In this document: one piece after another, positions 1 through 8,795 of the stretch | Layout: each line of letters starts with the position of its first letter | How positions within the stretch are numbered: the stretch's first letter is position 1 | Assembly: GCA_963792415.1 (NCBI GenBank) | Contig: CAWBVY010000006.1 | Coordinates: forward strand, 320,001 to 384,000 | Direction of reading: 5' to 3' | Length of the DNA stretch: 64,000 nt | DNA from: Candidatus Deferrimicrobiaceae bacterium | GTDB taxonomy: Bacteria > Desulfobacterota > Deferrimicrobia > Deferrimicrobiales > Deferrimicrobiaceae | Notes under the pieces: generated by a model | Told to the model about the DNA's origin: nothing | Database searches by the model: none | Seen by the model: only the letters and a program-made list of their open reading frames with translations | Program-made: the position numbers and the translations under genes

Positions 1-72
1 TGAAACCGGAAGCGATCAACGTTTTTATCAGTTCAAAATAAAAGATCTTCGCCCGCCAGCCATGCTCCCCCT

Positions 73-813
73 TCAGGCAATTTCCGCCCTTGCGGCCGGA
101 TTGAAGGGATTCGTTCGCACCGCCAGGGAAAAGAGGTAGGGGTAGTTCTCCTGGAGGTGTCTCATGTACGACAGCCATTCCGCCCCGAGCAGGACGTAAA
201 CCCGCTTGATGTCTCCGATCAGGTGGTCATAGTCGGATTGCGGCAGAGAGGAAACGTCCCGCCGATTCCCCAGCTCCTCGGCAAGGTGGAACACCGCCCA
301 CAGCAGCTCGGTGAACGCTTCGTGCTCCAGCAGGTTGGGATTTCCCAGCAGGCTCAACAGGAACTGCTTCTTCGCCATCAGAAAGGAGCACAGCTTTTCC
401 CAGTCGATATCCGCGCGTGCAACGTTGTGGTCGAAATCCTGGAGGTCGCCCCGGGCCTGCTGGTATTCGGCCTCCCCCTATTCCGCACTTACCAGCAAGC
501 GCTTCAGGGGCGCCTCCGCCTTCGGCTTCCTTTTCGAGAAGAGCCGGATCAGCTCGGTGCCGACCTCGCTGAAGAAGCTGCCGATCACCATGTTGAGTTT
601 TTTCAGCATCGACTGTTTTTCACGGCGGCCCAGGAGTTCGTTGATGACCACCGTGACGAGGTACACGGAGACCGGCAGGAAAGCGAGCTGGACGAGCATG
701 GTCTTGAAGATGTAATCGGCGTCCCGGAACACAAAGTAGTGGAAGAGGCTGAAAGCGACGGCGAACATCAGAAAGATCGCCGCCATCCGGCCTCGCCACG
801 GAAGAAATTTCAT
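73..813 (-). pseudogene. Conserved hypothetical membrane protein interrupted by one in-frame TAG (478-480)
   Basis: ORFs 478..870 and 73..378 share a frame and the 33 codons between them are open (GEAEYQQARGDLQDF...). ATG at 813 follows a GAGGAG RBS. Confidence 0.7.
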
Positions 814-1078
814 TATCGCCCCCTCCTCGAAGGAGATTTTCTCCAACTTTAAAACCGATCCTCCGTTCACAAGACGTCCACAAACTCCATCCGGGGAACC
901 GGCATTTTATCAGTTACGATGTGTTGGCGATATGAACCTCAAGGATGCGCGAAGAAAAAAGGGGGCAGAGGAAACGCGTTCCCCGGAAGTAGCGGTCGTC
1001 GCATGCAAAGCTTCGTGAAGCGCGTTCCACCTGCGGAGCATCTATTCTTCATCACCGAAAGAGAATGGGGGAAGGGAC

Positions 1079-2149
1079 ATGATCAAAACCGTCGGATATG
1101 CCGCTCAAGGTGCGACCACGCCGCTGGAAACCTTCCGTTTCGAGCGCAGGGAACCGGGGGAAAACGACGTCCGCATCGAGATCCTCCACTGCGGAGTCTG
1201 CCACTCCGACCTGCATACAGCGCGGAACGAGTGGAAGGGATCGACCTACCCCGTCGTACCGGGCCACGAGATCGTCGGGCGGGTGTCGCAGGTGGGCTCC
1301 GGGGTGAAGGGGTTCCGGCGGGGCGATCTTGCCGCTGTCGGCTGCATGGTCGACTCGTGCCGGAGCTGTCCCGACTGCATGGAAGGGTTGGAACAGTACT
1401 GCCGCAACGAGATCGTCTTCACCTACAACAGCAACGATCGGCACACCGGCGGAATGACCTACGGCGGCTACTCGGGCTGCATCGTCGTCGACGAGAGGTT
1501 CGTCCTGCGGGTGCCGGCGAACCTCGACCTCCCCGCGGTAGCCCCGCTTCTGTGCGCGGGCATCACGACGTACTCCCCGCTGCGCCACTGGAAGGTCGGG
1601 AAGGGCGACACGGTCGGCGTGGTCGGCCTCGGGGGGCTGGGGCACATGGCGGTCAAGCTGGCCAACGCTTTCGGCGCGACCGTGGTGATGTTCACCACCA
1701 CTCCGGGCAAGGCCGCCGACGCGAAGCGGCTGGGTGCCCATGAGGTAGTCATATCGAAGAACCCCGACGAGATGAGAAAGCAGGCGAACCGGTTCGACTT
1801 CCTCCTGAACACGGTGGCCGCGCCGCACGATCTCGACGCGTTCCTCAACCTGCTCCGGCGCGACGGCACGATGTGCATGGTCGGCGCCCCCGCACTGCCG
1901 CACCCGTCGCCCAACGTCTTCAACCTGATCTTCGGGCGTCGGAAGCTTTCCGGTTCGCTGATCGGTGGGATCCAGGAGACCCAGGAGATGCTCGATTTCT
2001 GCGGGGAGCATGAAATCGTGTCCGACATCGAGCAGATTCCGATCCAGAGGATCAATGAGGCTTACGAGCGGATGCTCCGGAGCGACGTGAAATACCGCTT
2101 CGTCATCGACATGGCGTCCTTGCAGAAGGAGAAGCAAGAAAGGCAATAA
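1079..2149 (+). CDS. Zn-dependent NAD(P)-dependent alcohol dehydrogenase (cinnamyl-ADH/YahK-like)
   Basis: CGVCHSD, GHEIVG, structural-Zn CxxCxxC cluster, GLGGLGH Rossmann motif, C-terminal DVKYRFVID. Confidence 0.95.
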   Translation: MIKTVGYAAQGATTPLETFRFERREPGENDVRIEILHCGVCHSDLHTARNEWKGSTYPVVPGHEIVGRVSQVGSGVKGFRRGDLAAVGCMVDSCRSCPDCMEGLEQYCRNEIVFTYNSNDRHTGGMTYGGYSGCIVVDERFVLRVPANLDLPAVAPLLCAGITTYSPLRHWKVGKGDTVGVVGLGGLGHMAVKLANAFGATVVMFTTTPGKAADAKRLGAHEVVISKNPDEMRKQANRFDFLLNTVAAPHDLDAFLNLLRRDGTMCMVGAPALPHPSPNVFNLIFGRRKLSGSLIGGIQETQEMLDFCGEHEIVSDIEQIPIQRINEAYERMLRSDVKYRFVIDMASLQKEKQERQ

Positions 2150-2212
2150 GATAAGGGCGGACCGATCGGGGGGAGGCTGGTCCGCCCTATCCACTGAGAA
2201 CCAGGAGGAAGA

Positions 2213-2575
2213 TTACCATTCCCGGTAATTATAATTTCTCAACCTCCCGGTATTGCGGTCAAAGAGACAATTCAGTTCTTCACCCGTTTCCGTAGGTGTC
2301 GTCATCCCCATGCCCAAAAACCCCATTGAGACACCCCCGGAGACCGTCCCGAAATTCACTTTTCGCCATGTGTGCCATATGCCTTCCGGAGTCTCGATGG
2401 ATTGTTGCGGTGGCCCCATCGTCGGTATCAAATCGTCGAGAGTTGCTATGCCGATGTTCGAGGAGAGCCATTCATCAGATGCTTTGCGCTGAGCCGCTTT
2501 CCCTCCGCCGCACGAAAAAAACAGCAGGGGTATCAGGGTGCAGAGCATCAGGATAAGCTTCGGCCGAGGAGGCAT
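2213..2575 (-). CDS. Hypothetical lipoprotein
   Basis: Hydrophobic N-terminus with lipobox-like FFSC. Start chosen at MPPRPK. Confidence 0.55.
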   Translation of the reverse strand: MPPRPKLILMLCTLIPLLFFSCGGGKAAQRKASDEWLSSNIGIATLDDLIPTMGPPQQSIETPEGIWHTWRKVNFGTVSGGVSMGFLGMGMTTPTETGEELNCLFDRNTGRLRNYNYREW

Positions 2576-2679
2576 AGGGAACGGCAACTTGCCCACAGAT
2601 GCCTTCTTTAACAAGGGGTTAGGAGCGGGTTCTCTCACTTTTCAACCCATATCGAAATGCCCGTATCGCACCTCGCCTC

Positions 2680-2750
2680 GGTCGTAATCCGTGAGTTCGA
2701 CATCGTAGGCATCCCCATTTTCAAATCGGAAACAAATGCACAAAGTGTAA
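2680..2750 (-). pseudogene. C-terminal remnant of a HigB-type toxin
   Basis: Translation CICFRFENGDAYDVELTDY resembles the HigB C-terminus (RICFRWxxGxAYDVEIxDYH). The N-terminal part is absent. Confidence 0.6.
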
Positions 2751-2880
2751 TCCGTCTCGTGACACATGTCAGCAGGAGCGTGCAATTGACGCGTAAGATG
2801 GAATCTCCGCGTATAATATATAATTGGATTACGAAACCTGCCACGCAGCACCATGGTTTGATTTTCATTCGGAGGGACAC

Positions 2881-3579
2881 ATGATCGACGCGGAAAACAG
2901 GGTGCGGCGGAGCGTAAAAATCACCGGGGCGGTGCTTGTGGGGGCCCTGCTGCTGTCGGCCGGATGTGCGACGAACCCCGACGGGACCACGGAGTACAAA
3001 CGCACGGCGACCGGGGCCCTGGGAGGCGCCGCGGTGGGCGCGGGCGTCGGGGCGCTGATCGCGGGCAGCGGGCACCGCGGAACGGGTGCTCTCATCGGCG
3101 GCGTCGTGGGAGCTGCCGGAGGGGGCGCAATCGGAAACTACATGGACAGGCAGGCGGCGGAGATGAAACGGAAGCTCCCCGAAGCCGCCGTCGCCCGCGA
3201 GGGAGACAAGCTGTACGTCGCTCTCCCCTCGGGCATACTGTTCGACGTCGACAAAACGGAGGTCAAGCCCGCGGCCAGGGATTCGATCGCGAAGGCGGCG
3301 GAGGTGCTGCTGAAATATCCGGACACCTACATCACGGTGGAGGGGCACACCGACTCCACCGGGACGGCGGAACACAATCAGAAGCTCAGCGAACGGCGAG
3401 CCGACGCGGTCCGGGACCAGCTCCTGAGGGACGGCGTCCCCGCGTCGAGAATGAGCATCAAGGGGTACGGGGAATCCAATCCCGTCGCCGACAACTCCAC
3501 TCCGGAAGGACGGCAGTCGAATCGGCGGGTTCAGCTCGAGATCCGGCCGAACGAGAAACTGAAGGCCCAGCAGGGCTGA
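2881..3579 (+). CDS. OmpA-family lipoprotein with glycine zipper (YiaD-like)
   Basis: Lipobox SAGC, Gly-zipper, VEGHTDSTG...NQKLSERRA...NRRVQL. GGAGG RBS before ATG 2881. Confidence 0.92.
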   Translation: MIDAENRVRRSVKITGAVLVGALLLSAGCATNPDGTTEYKRTATGALGGAAVGAGVGALIAGSGHRGTGALIGGVVGAAGGGAIGNYMDRQAAEMKRKLPEAAVAREGDKLYVALPSGILFDVDKTEVKPAARDSIAKAAEVLLKYPDTYITVEGHTDSTGTAEHNQKLSERRADAVRDQLLRDGVPASRMSIKGYGESNPVADNSTPEGRQSNRRVQLEIRPNEKLKAQQG

Positions 3580-3774
3580 ACGGTAAAATCGATGGCAAAC
3601 CGTCAGCAAGAGGCCCAAATATGGTCAGAACATAAACGGGGAGACAATCGGCTGCGTCCTGTTCGTCGAAAACGGTGCTTCCCTTCATTTCTGGAACTCC
3701 ACGTCTGTTACGGCAACCTTGACCTTCTTCGCCCAATCTGATGGTGCTCCGACAATCGGCACGAATCATGGTTC

Positions 3775-3920
3775 AATGCCTGGTTCGCCTCATTCCACGC
3801 CTTGCTGACTTCATCGAGACCGTTCCTTGCGCTTTCCAGTTTCGCCTTGTCCAGATTCTTCGAAAGCTTCTCGCTCCTCTTGGGGACAGGGAGTCGATGC
3901 GGCTCTGGATGTCGGCGATC
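3775..3920 (-). pseudogene. Degenerate, frameshifted partial paralog of the adjacent coiled-coil lipoprotein
   Basis: Encodes KLSKNLDKAKLESARNGLDEVSKAWNEA versus KLPKNLDKAKLESAKSDLAEVSKSWDEA in 3919..4560. DNA is similar to ~4085-4220. Confidence 0.75.
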
Positions 3921-4560
3921 ATCTTCCCCCGGCGGCAGGAGTCTCAACCGAATATTCCCGTCCTCGGAGGGTTCCTTCCGATGGGGGAGCCGACATCCCG
4001 AGGGAGGACATGATCTGGGCGGCCTTCTCCCTGGCACCATTCCCCTTCGCGAGGGCGTCCGCAAGGCTGCCTTCCTTGTAGGCCTTGCCCGCCTCGTCCC
4101 ACGACTTGCTGACTTCGGCCAAGTCGCTCTTGGCGCTTTCCAGTTTCGCCTTGTCCAGATTCTTCGGAAGCTTCTTGCTGTTGGACAGGGCATCGACGCG
4201 GCTCTGAATGGCGAAGATCGTCATCGGCATCCCGGCGTTCAGCTCCTCCCAATCCTTCGTCAGTTCGGCCTTCTTGGCCGCCGACGCGGAAACAAGATCC
4301 TTCGCTTGGGCGGTGACGGCGGTCGCGGCGGAAGTGGCTCCCGCGTAATCCCCCTTGGCGAAGGTGTCCTTCGCCGCTTTCAGGGCTTCTTCCACGGTCT
4401 TCACCTGGTCCGGGACGTACTTCATCGCCTCGGCCTTTGTGGAGTTCAGGGCCTCTTCCGCCGCCTTGAGCGCCTGCTCGGCGGGGGCCTTCTGGTTGGA
4501 GCACGCGGCGAGCGCGACGGCGAACAGGAAGCATGCGACGACCGAAAGAATTCTTTTCAT
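3919..4560 (-). CDS. Alanine/lysine-rich coiled-coil lipoprotein
   Basis: Signal peptide with LAAC lipobox, helical AK-rich body, GGAGGAGG RBS. Confidence 0.85.
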   Translation of the reverse strand: MKRILSVVACFLFAVALAACSNQKAPAEQALKAAEEALNSTKAEAMKYVPDQVKTVEEALKAAKDTFAKGDYAGATSAATAVTAQAKDLVSASAAKKAELTKDWEELNAGMPMTIFAIQSRVDALSNSKKLPKNLDKAKLESAKSDLAEVSKSWDEAGKAYKEGSLADALAKGNGAREKAAQIMSSLGMSAPPSEGTLRGREYSVETPAAGGR

Positions 4561-5035
4561 GATGGCATTCCCTCCTCCAGGGACGTTTACAGAGCGGGAA
4601 CGGAATGCGTCTATATGAAAAATGTACTACTTAATGTGGGGAAGAAGCAATATCCCAAGGGGCAAACGCCCCCCTGCTCTGCTTTCCCCTGAAACCCCTC
4701 CAACGTCGCAAGGGATTTACCCCTTCAAAGCGGCCTGCTTCCCAAAAACCGAAAACGGATCAATGGAGGAGTTCCCCTCGTCAACAGCGTCCCAGTGAAA
4801 CCCCCTGTCCCTCCCCCCCCGAAAAAAAGTTTGTTCACAATGGGTTAGCAGTCCGAGCGGCTTCTCCCTCGCTTGTCCACTACTACGCCACCTGGCGCGG
4901 GAAGATTGCCGAAAAGGGCGAGTTCCCTTTCCGGCCGCGACAAGCGAAAAAGGAATTTTTTATCTGGATTGCTTTTCCCGGGGGATTACCCGGATAATGA
5001 GCTAATGTCTGCGACTGGAGCCTGCGTTGCCATCG

Positions 5036-5515
5036 ATGGTCATCGTGTGCAGGAGCTGCGGAGCCCGCTTCCGCATGACCCACGCGCTTTTTCAGGATGC
5101 GAAAGGGGCCCGCATCCGTTGCCGCAAGTGCGGCGGGCACATCGAGGTGCGGCACCCCGAGGCATCACCGGTCCCCCCTGCTCTTGAGGTGCCCGGCACA
5201 CTCGCGTACGAGCCTGCCCCAACCGCTTTTCCCGAAATACCGGAAGTCGTCCCCAAGGAAGGTCCTGTGACGGCCCCCGCGTTGCCCACCGAAAATCCGC
5301 TTGCTCACGCACCGTCGAGCGACGCCCTGGTGCCACCCGAAAAACCGGGGCCGGAAAAGGAAGCTCCCATGCCGGAGGAGGACGTCTTTTCCCCCTCCCC
5401 CCCACCTTCGAGCCGGGCGATACCGAACCGGAAGAAGAATCGAAGCACGCACCGCACGCCCCGGGGATGGAAACCGTTCCGCCTATGGACGCGCCGGATG
5501 CCGAATCCGCCATAA
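5036..5515 (+). CDS. Zinc-ribbon (MJ0042-like) protein with Pro-rich tail
   Basis: N-terminal MVIVCRSC...IRCRKC. The remainder is low complexity. Confidence 0.65.
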   Translation: MVIVCRSCGARFRMTHALFQDAKGARIRCRKCGGHIEVRHPEASPVPPALEVPGTLAYEPAPTAFPEIPEVVPKEGPVTAPALPTENPLAHAPSSDALVPPEKPGPEKEAPMPEEDVFSPSPPPSSRAIPNRKKNRSTHRTPRGWKPFRLWTRRMPNPP

Positions 5516-5751
5516 ACGGCACCAGGGATGGTGTGAATGGGAAAATCTACGCTGTCTATCGTCTCGGTTACTGGAACAACAAGCTCGAACTCGTGGGGAA
5601 GGTGGTGGAACGTCGGAAGGAAGAGCGGAAGAACAATGCCGCGGATATGTTGCAATGGGCCCAAAAAATTTACGCAGCTTCGTCGATTGATTCAAGCATA
5701 TTCATCGTCAAGGAAGGCTCCCCTGGGGGGGCGATCTTCGGGGGCGCATAG
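5467..5751 (+). CDS. Hypothetical protein
   Basis: 94-aa ORF with plausible composition that overlaps the end of the zinc-ribbon ORF. The two may be one frameshifted gene. Confidence 0.5.
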   Translation: METVPPMDAPDAESAINGTRDGVNGKIYAVYRLGYWNNKLELVGKVVERRKEERKNNAADMLQWAQKIYAASSIDSSIFIVKEGSPGGAIFGGA

Positions 5752-6030
5752 GCCATCCTCGACCCTGTGAGGAGTATTGCTATACGCTAATCGATCTCCG
5801 ATTGTCATCTGTCAGGGACGCGAGGGAGAGCGTTCAACCCCTACTGTCCGACTGCTCCGCCCCACTATTGGGGGGAGATGATCGCAGTACCCTGATCCCT
5901 TATCTGGTGCGCGAAAGAGGACGGAGCCGGAGGGCCCCGTCCTCACTCCCATATGGGTGCGGATTTACCGCTATTTCCCTCATGCTCGATCCATCGGAAC
6001 CGGGGAGGGCACGCCCCGTCGTCTTTTCCT

Positions 6031-6135
6031 CTAAGGAAGCCCCTTGAGGATCTGGTCCATCTCCTGAGCCGAAAAGGCCTTGAGCGTCTCCGTCTTGGCG
6101 TTTCCCAACATCCCCAAGCCCAACGCCACGCGGGG
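6031..6135 (-). pseudogene. C-terminal remnant of a GYD-domain-like protein
   Basis: Translation VALGLGMLGNAKTETLKAFSAQEMDQILKGLP* resembles GYD-family C-termini. No intact 5' part. Confidence 0.55.
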
Positions 6136-6220
6136 AGTTCTCACATCAGAAAGTGAATGCCGAACGGCCAGCACCGACCGACTCCGCCGGTACTGGCCCC
6201 CCGAGCTTTCGTTTGCCGGG

Positions 6221-6424
6221 TTACTTCAGGATAAATCCGCCTGTCCCACGGACCTCCCGAGCAACCTCCGCCATTTCCTGCTTCGAGACGCGCCTCCCGC
6301 TTTGCACGATGTGGCTCAATTTGCACGCCTTATCGACGACACCGCTCCAGGTATGCTGCGTCGCTGTGTCCCGATCCGTGGCCTTTCCGTTCGCCGATCC
6401 CGTCCCGGGTTTTCCTTTTTCCAT
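6221..6424 (-). CDS. Small hypothetical protein
   Basis: 67-aa ORF with a strong AAAGGAGG RBS. Confidence 0.5.
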   Translation of the reverse strand: MEKGKPGTGSANGKATDRDTATQHTWSGVVDKACKLSHIVQSGRRVSKQEMAEVAREVRGTGGFILK

Positions 6425-6628
6425 GGCGCGCCTCCTTTCCGCTGTTTGTTGTTTGCTCTCAACAACAGCATTACGAATGCCAATAGGAGCAGTAATTGGA
6501 GTTGGCCCCTAAGTAGCTATCTTTTAACAGTAAATACGGACAGCATGTTCGCGGGACGAATCACTCCTTTCCTGCGTGGTGGTGATATATGGTCTACATG
6601 TCAACATGTCGACATTTTACCCATTAGT

Positions 6629-6784
6629 GGTTACCGGAGACGCGCGGAACCCCGGGGCGAGCTCGTGGACCGAGACGATCTCTCTCACCGCCACAGCAAC
6701 TTACGGGCGCCTGCTCGGGACTTGCAGCCTCCAACGTCCGCGAACGCTCCCGCCCCGAGGGGGATCGTGGCGCGTCAGGGAACC
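6629..6784. ncRNA. Candidate structured RNA (long interrupted hairpin)
   Basis: Nested complementary segments GGTT/AACC, GACGCGC/GCGCGTC, CGGGGCG/CGCCCCG and TCGTGGAC/GTCCGCGA in an intergenic gap. Confidence 0.45.
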
Positions 6785-6856
6785 TCCTGAAGATTTCACC
6801 CGCATCTTCCGATATACCGTACTGCCTCGTTTTTCGCCTGGGACAAGGAGGAGATT

Positions 6857-7105
6857 ATGGATAAACGAGAGGCGGAATACTGGCGCGGGTACGGTGAGGG
6901 GATCAATTACCGCATTCGGCAAAGGATGGGAGAATCCATCCGCGCGCATTATCGCCCGTCCGAAAAAGCCGCAGGTGAAAACGGCGATTCCTTTGTCGAT
7001 GCCTATGCCGAGGGGTACCGCGACGGTTGCAAAGAAGAAACCTTTTGTTTGGTGCTCCCCGAAAGGGATCCATCCGGCCGCCAACGATGGAACGGCGCAG
7101 CGTGA
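6857..7105 (+). CDS. Hypothetical protein with two YxxGY motifs
   Basis: AAGGAGG RBS. Similar to the ORF at 26841..27146. Confidence 0.6.
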   Translation: MDKREAEYWRGYGEGINYRIRQRMGESIRAHYRPSEKAAGENGDSFVDAYAEGYRDGCKEETFCLVLPERDPSGRQRWNGAA

Positions 7106-7266
7106 CGGCGACCATTCGCCGATGGCTTACCCCTGGCGATTCATGAACAGATCGTGAATACCCGGAGGACACCCCTCACGCGAGCGAGGTTCCCCCGGGA
7201 CGCGACGAAAGGGGAAAAGCCGGGGTTGGGTGGGGGGTATGCGTACCGGATAGGTTTTACGGTCTT

Positions 7267-8277
7267 CTACGGCCGTATCTCAACAATCGTCCCATTCGGC
7301 GCCAACTTGCTAATTTCCTCTATTTCTTCGTCTGTTACGGCAATACACCCTTTCGTCCAGTCGACCTCCGTGTGAGCATCCCCTACCCAAGAGAAACCAT
7401 TCTTGATACCGTGGATCATGATGTCTCCGCCCGGAGAAACACCGAGTTCTTTTGCGCGATTTTTGTCCCTCTCGTTTGGATAGGAAATATGCAGAGAGAG
7501 GTGAAACCGGCTGTCCTTGTTTCTTCCATCGATGACATAGGTCCCCTCGGGGGTCTTGTTATCCCCTTGCCGTTCCTTTGGGCCGATTGGGTTCCCCCCC
7601 AGTGCGATATTGTAGGATTTCAGCACTTCACCCTGTGAGATCAACATCAATCGGCGTGCATTTTTTTCTATCAGGATCCTGTCTACCGATCCCTTCTGAA
7701 TCGCATAGGCGACAAACTTTTTTTCGAGCGCTTCAATCTTTTTTCCCAGCGTGACGATCTCATTCTCCTTGCCTTGGGCCTCGTGCCGGAGCGTTTCGAT
7801 CTGCATCTGCTGCGCGGCTATCGTCTTCTCCTTGCCTTGGACCTCGTGCTGGAGAGTTTCGATCTGCATCTGCTGCGCAGCTATCGTCTTATCCTTGAGA
7901 GCGACATTCCTGAAATTAAATATCATCATCTCGCTGTTCTGCCGATACTCGCTCCCCGGGTAATCCTTGACGAGTTTCTGAAAACATTCCAGGGATTTCT
8001 GATAATCTTTTTGCTCGTTCTTCGAATGGGCATAAACAATACCCATCTCGAACAGAGCCCTGTCTGCCGTCGCGGGATATTTATCGATTATTTCCGAATA
8101 CTTGTCCAGAGAGGCCGCGTAGTTTCCCTGATGATACAGATCATTCGCCTCTGCGAAGGTCGTCTTGGCGTGCCGCCCGTCGTTATAGTGACTGCAACCG
8201 GATAGGAGCATCGGTGCCATTATGAGGCAGATACAGAACGTGAATGGTCCGATGTGAAAGATTCTCGGCTTCCTCAT
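7267..8277 (-). CDS. Lipoprotein with TPR-like region, coiled coil and C-terminal YkuD domain (LdtF/DpaA-like subfamily)
   Basis: LSGC lipobox; GDNKTPEGTY, HLSLHISYPN, GGDIMIHG, WTKGCIAV; internal 63-bp tandem duplication (KTIAAQQMQIETL x2). Confidence 0.88.
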   Translation of the reverse strand: MRKPRIFHIGPFTFCICLIMAPMLLSGCSHYNDGRHAKTTFAEANDLYHQGNYAASLDKYSEIIDKYPATADRALFEMGIVYAHSKNEQKDYQKSLECFQKLVKDYPGSEYRQNSEMMIFNFRNVALKDKTIAAQQMQIETLQHEVQGKEKTIAAQQMQIETLRHEAQGKENEIVTLGKKIEALEKKFVAYAIQKGSVDRILIEKNARRLMLISQGEVLKSYNIALGGNPIGPKERQGDNKTPEGTYVIDGRNKDSRFHLSLHISYPNERDKNRAKELGVSPGGDIMIHGIKNGFSWVGDAHTEVDWTKGCIAVTDEEIEEISKLAPNGTIVEIRP

Positions 8278-8325
8278 TTTCCTAATCCCTTGGCAGAATC
8301 ATCGGGACAATCTCATATGATATGT

Positions 8326-8356
8326 AAAGAAATGGCAGGGGCGTAAGCCCCTGCCA
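8326..8356 (-). terminator. Rho-independent terminator after the Lpp-like gene
   Basis: TGGCAGGGGC-GTAA-GCCCCTGCCA hairpin followed by TTTCTTT on the minus strand. Confidence 0.8.
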
Positions 8357-8408
8357 CCTGTTTGTCCTGAGCTTTGAAGCGAACGTTGACGACAGCCGTA
8401 CAAGTGAC

Positions 8409-8774
8409 TTACTTCTTCATCGACTTCTCGAAGGCGGCTTCCGCCTTTTTCGCTTTTTCATCGGCGATCCTTTCCTTTTCCGCTGCCACCCTTTCCCTTT
8501 CCTCTGCCTCCTTAATAGCATTTTCGGCGCGGACCGATGTTTCATCTGCCTTTACCTTGGCCGCATCTGCATTTACCTTGGCCGCATCCGCATTAACCTT
8601 GGCCGCATCCGCTGCAGTCTTGGCGGCTTGCGCATCCTTCAATGCCTGGTCCGCTTTCGCATCGATCATTTTCTGCTCCGCCTGCACTTTCTCGAGGTCA
8701 CCGGTTGTTGCGCAACTGAACATCAGAGTCGGGAGAACAAGCATCATCGTGATCAGGAACAGGTTTTTCTTCAT
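8409..8774 (-). CDS. Lpp/OprI-like alanine-zipper lipoprotein
   Basis: MFSC lipobox, heptad AAKVNAD repeats, C-terminal ...EKSMKK, AAAGGAGGT RBS, next to an L,D-transpeptidase. Confidence 0.85.
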   Translation of the reverse strand: MKKNLFLITMMLVLPTLMFSCATTGDLEKVQAEQKMIDAKADQALKDAQAAKTAADAAKVNADAAKVNADAAKVKADETSVRAENAIKEAEERERVAAEKERIADEKAKKAEAAFEKSMKK

Positions 8775-8795
8775 CTCTCTTCACCTCCTTTCCGT

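Noticed and set aside
4620-4760. Cyclic dinucleotide (GEMM) riboswitch suggested by GGGCAAAC
   Set aside because: The second stem with its GNRA loop and receptor could not be built from the downstream sequence.
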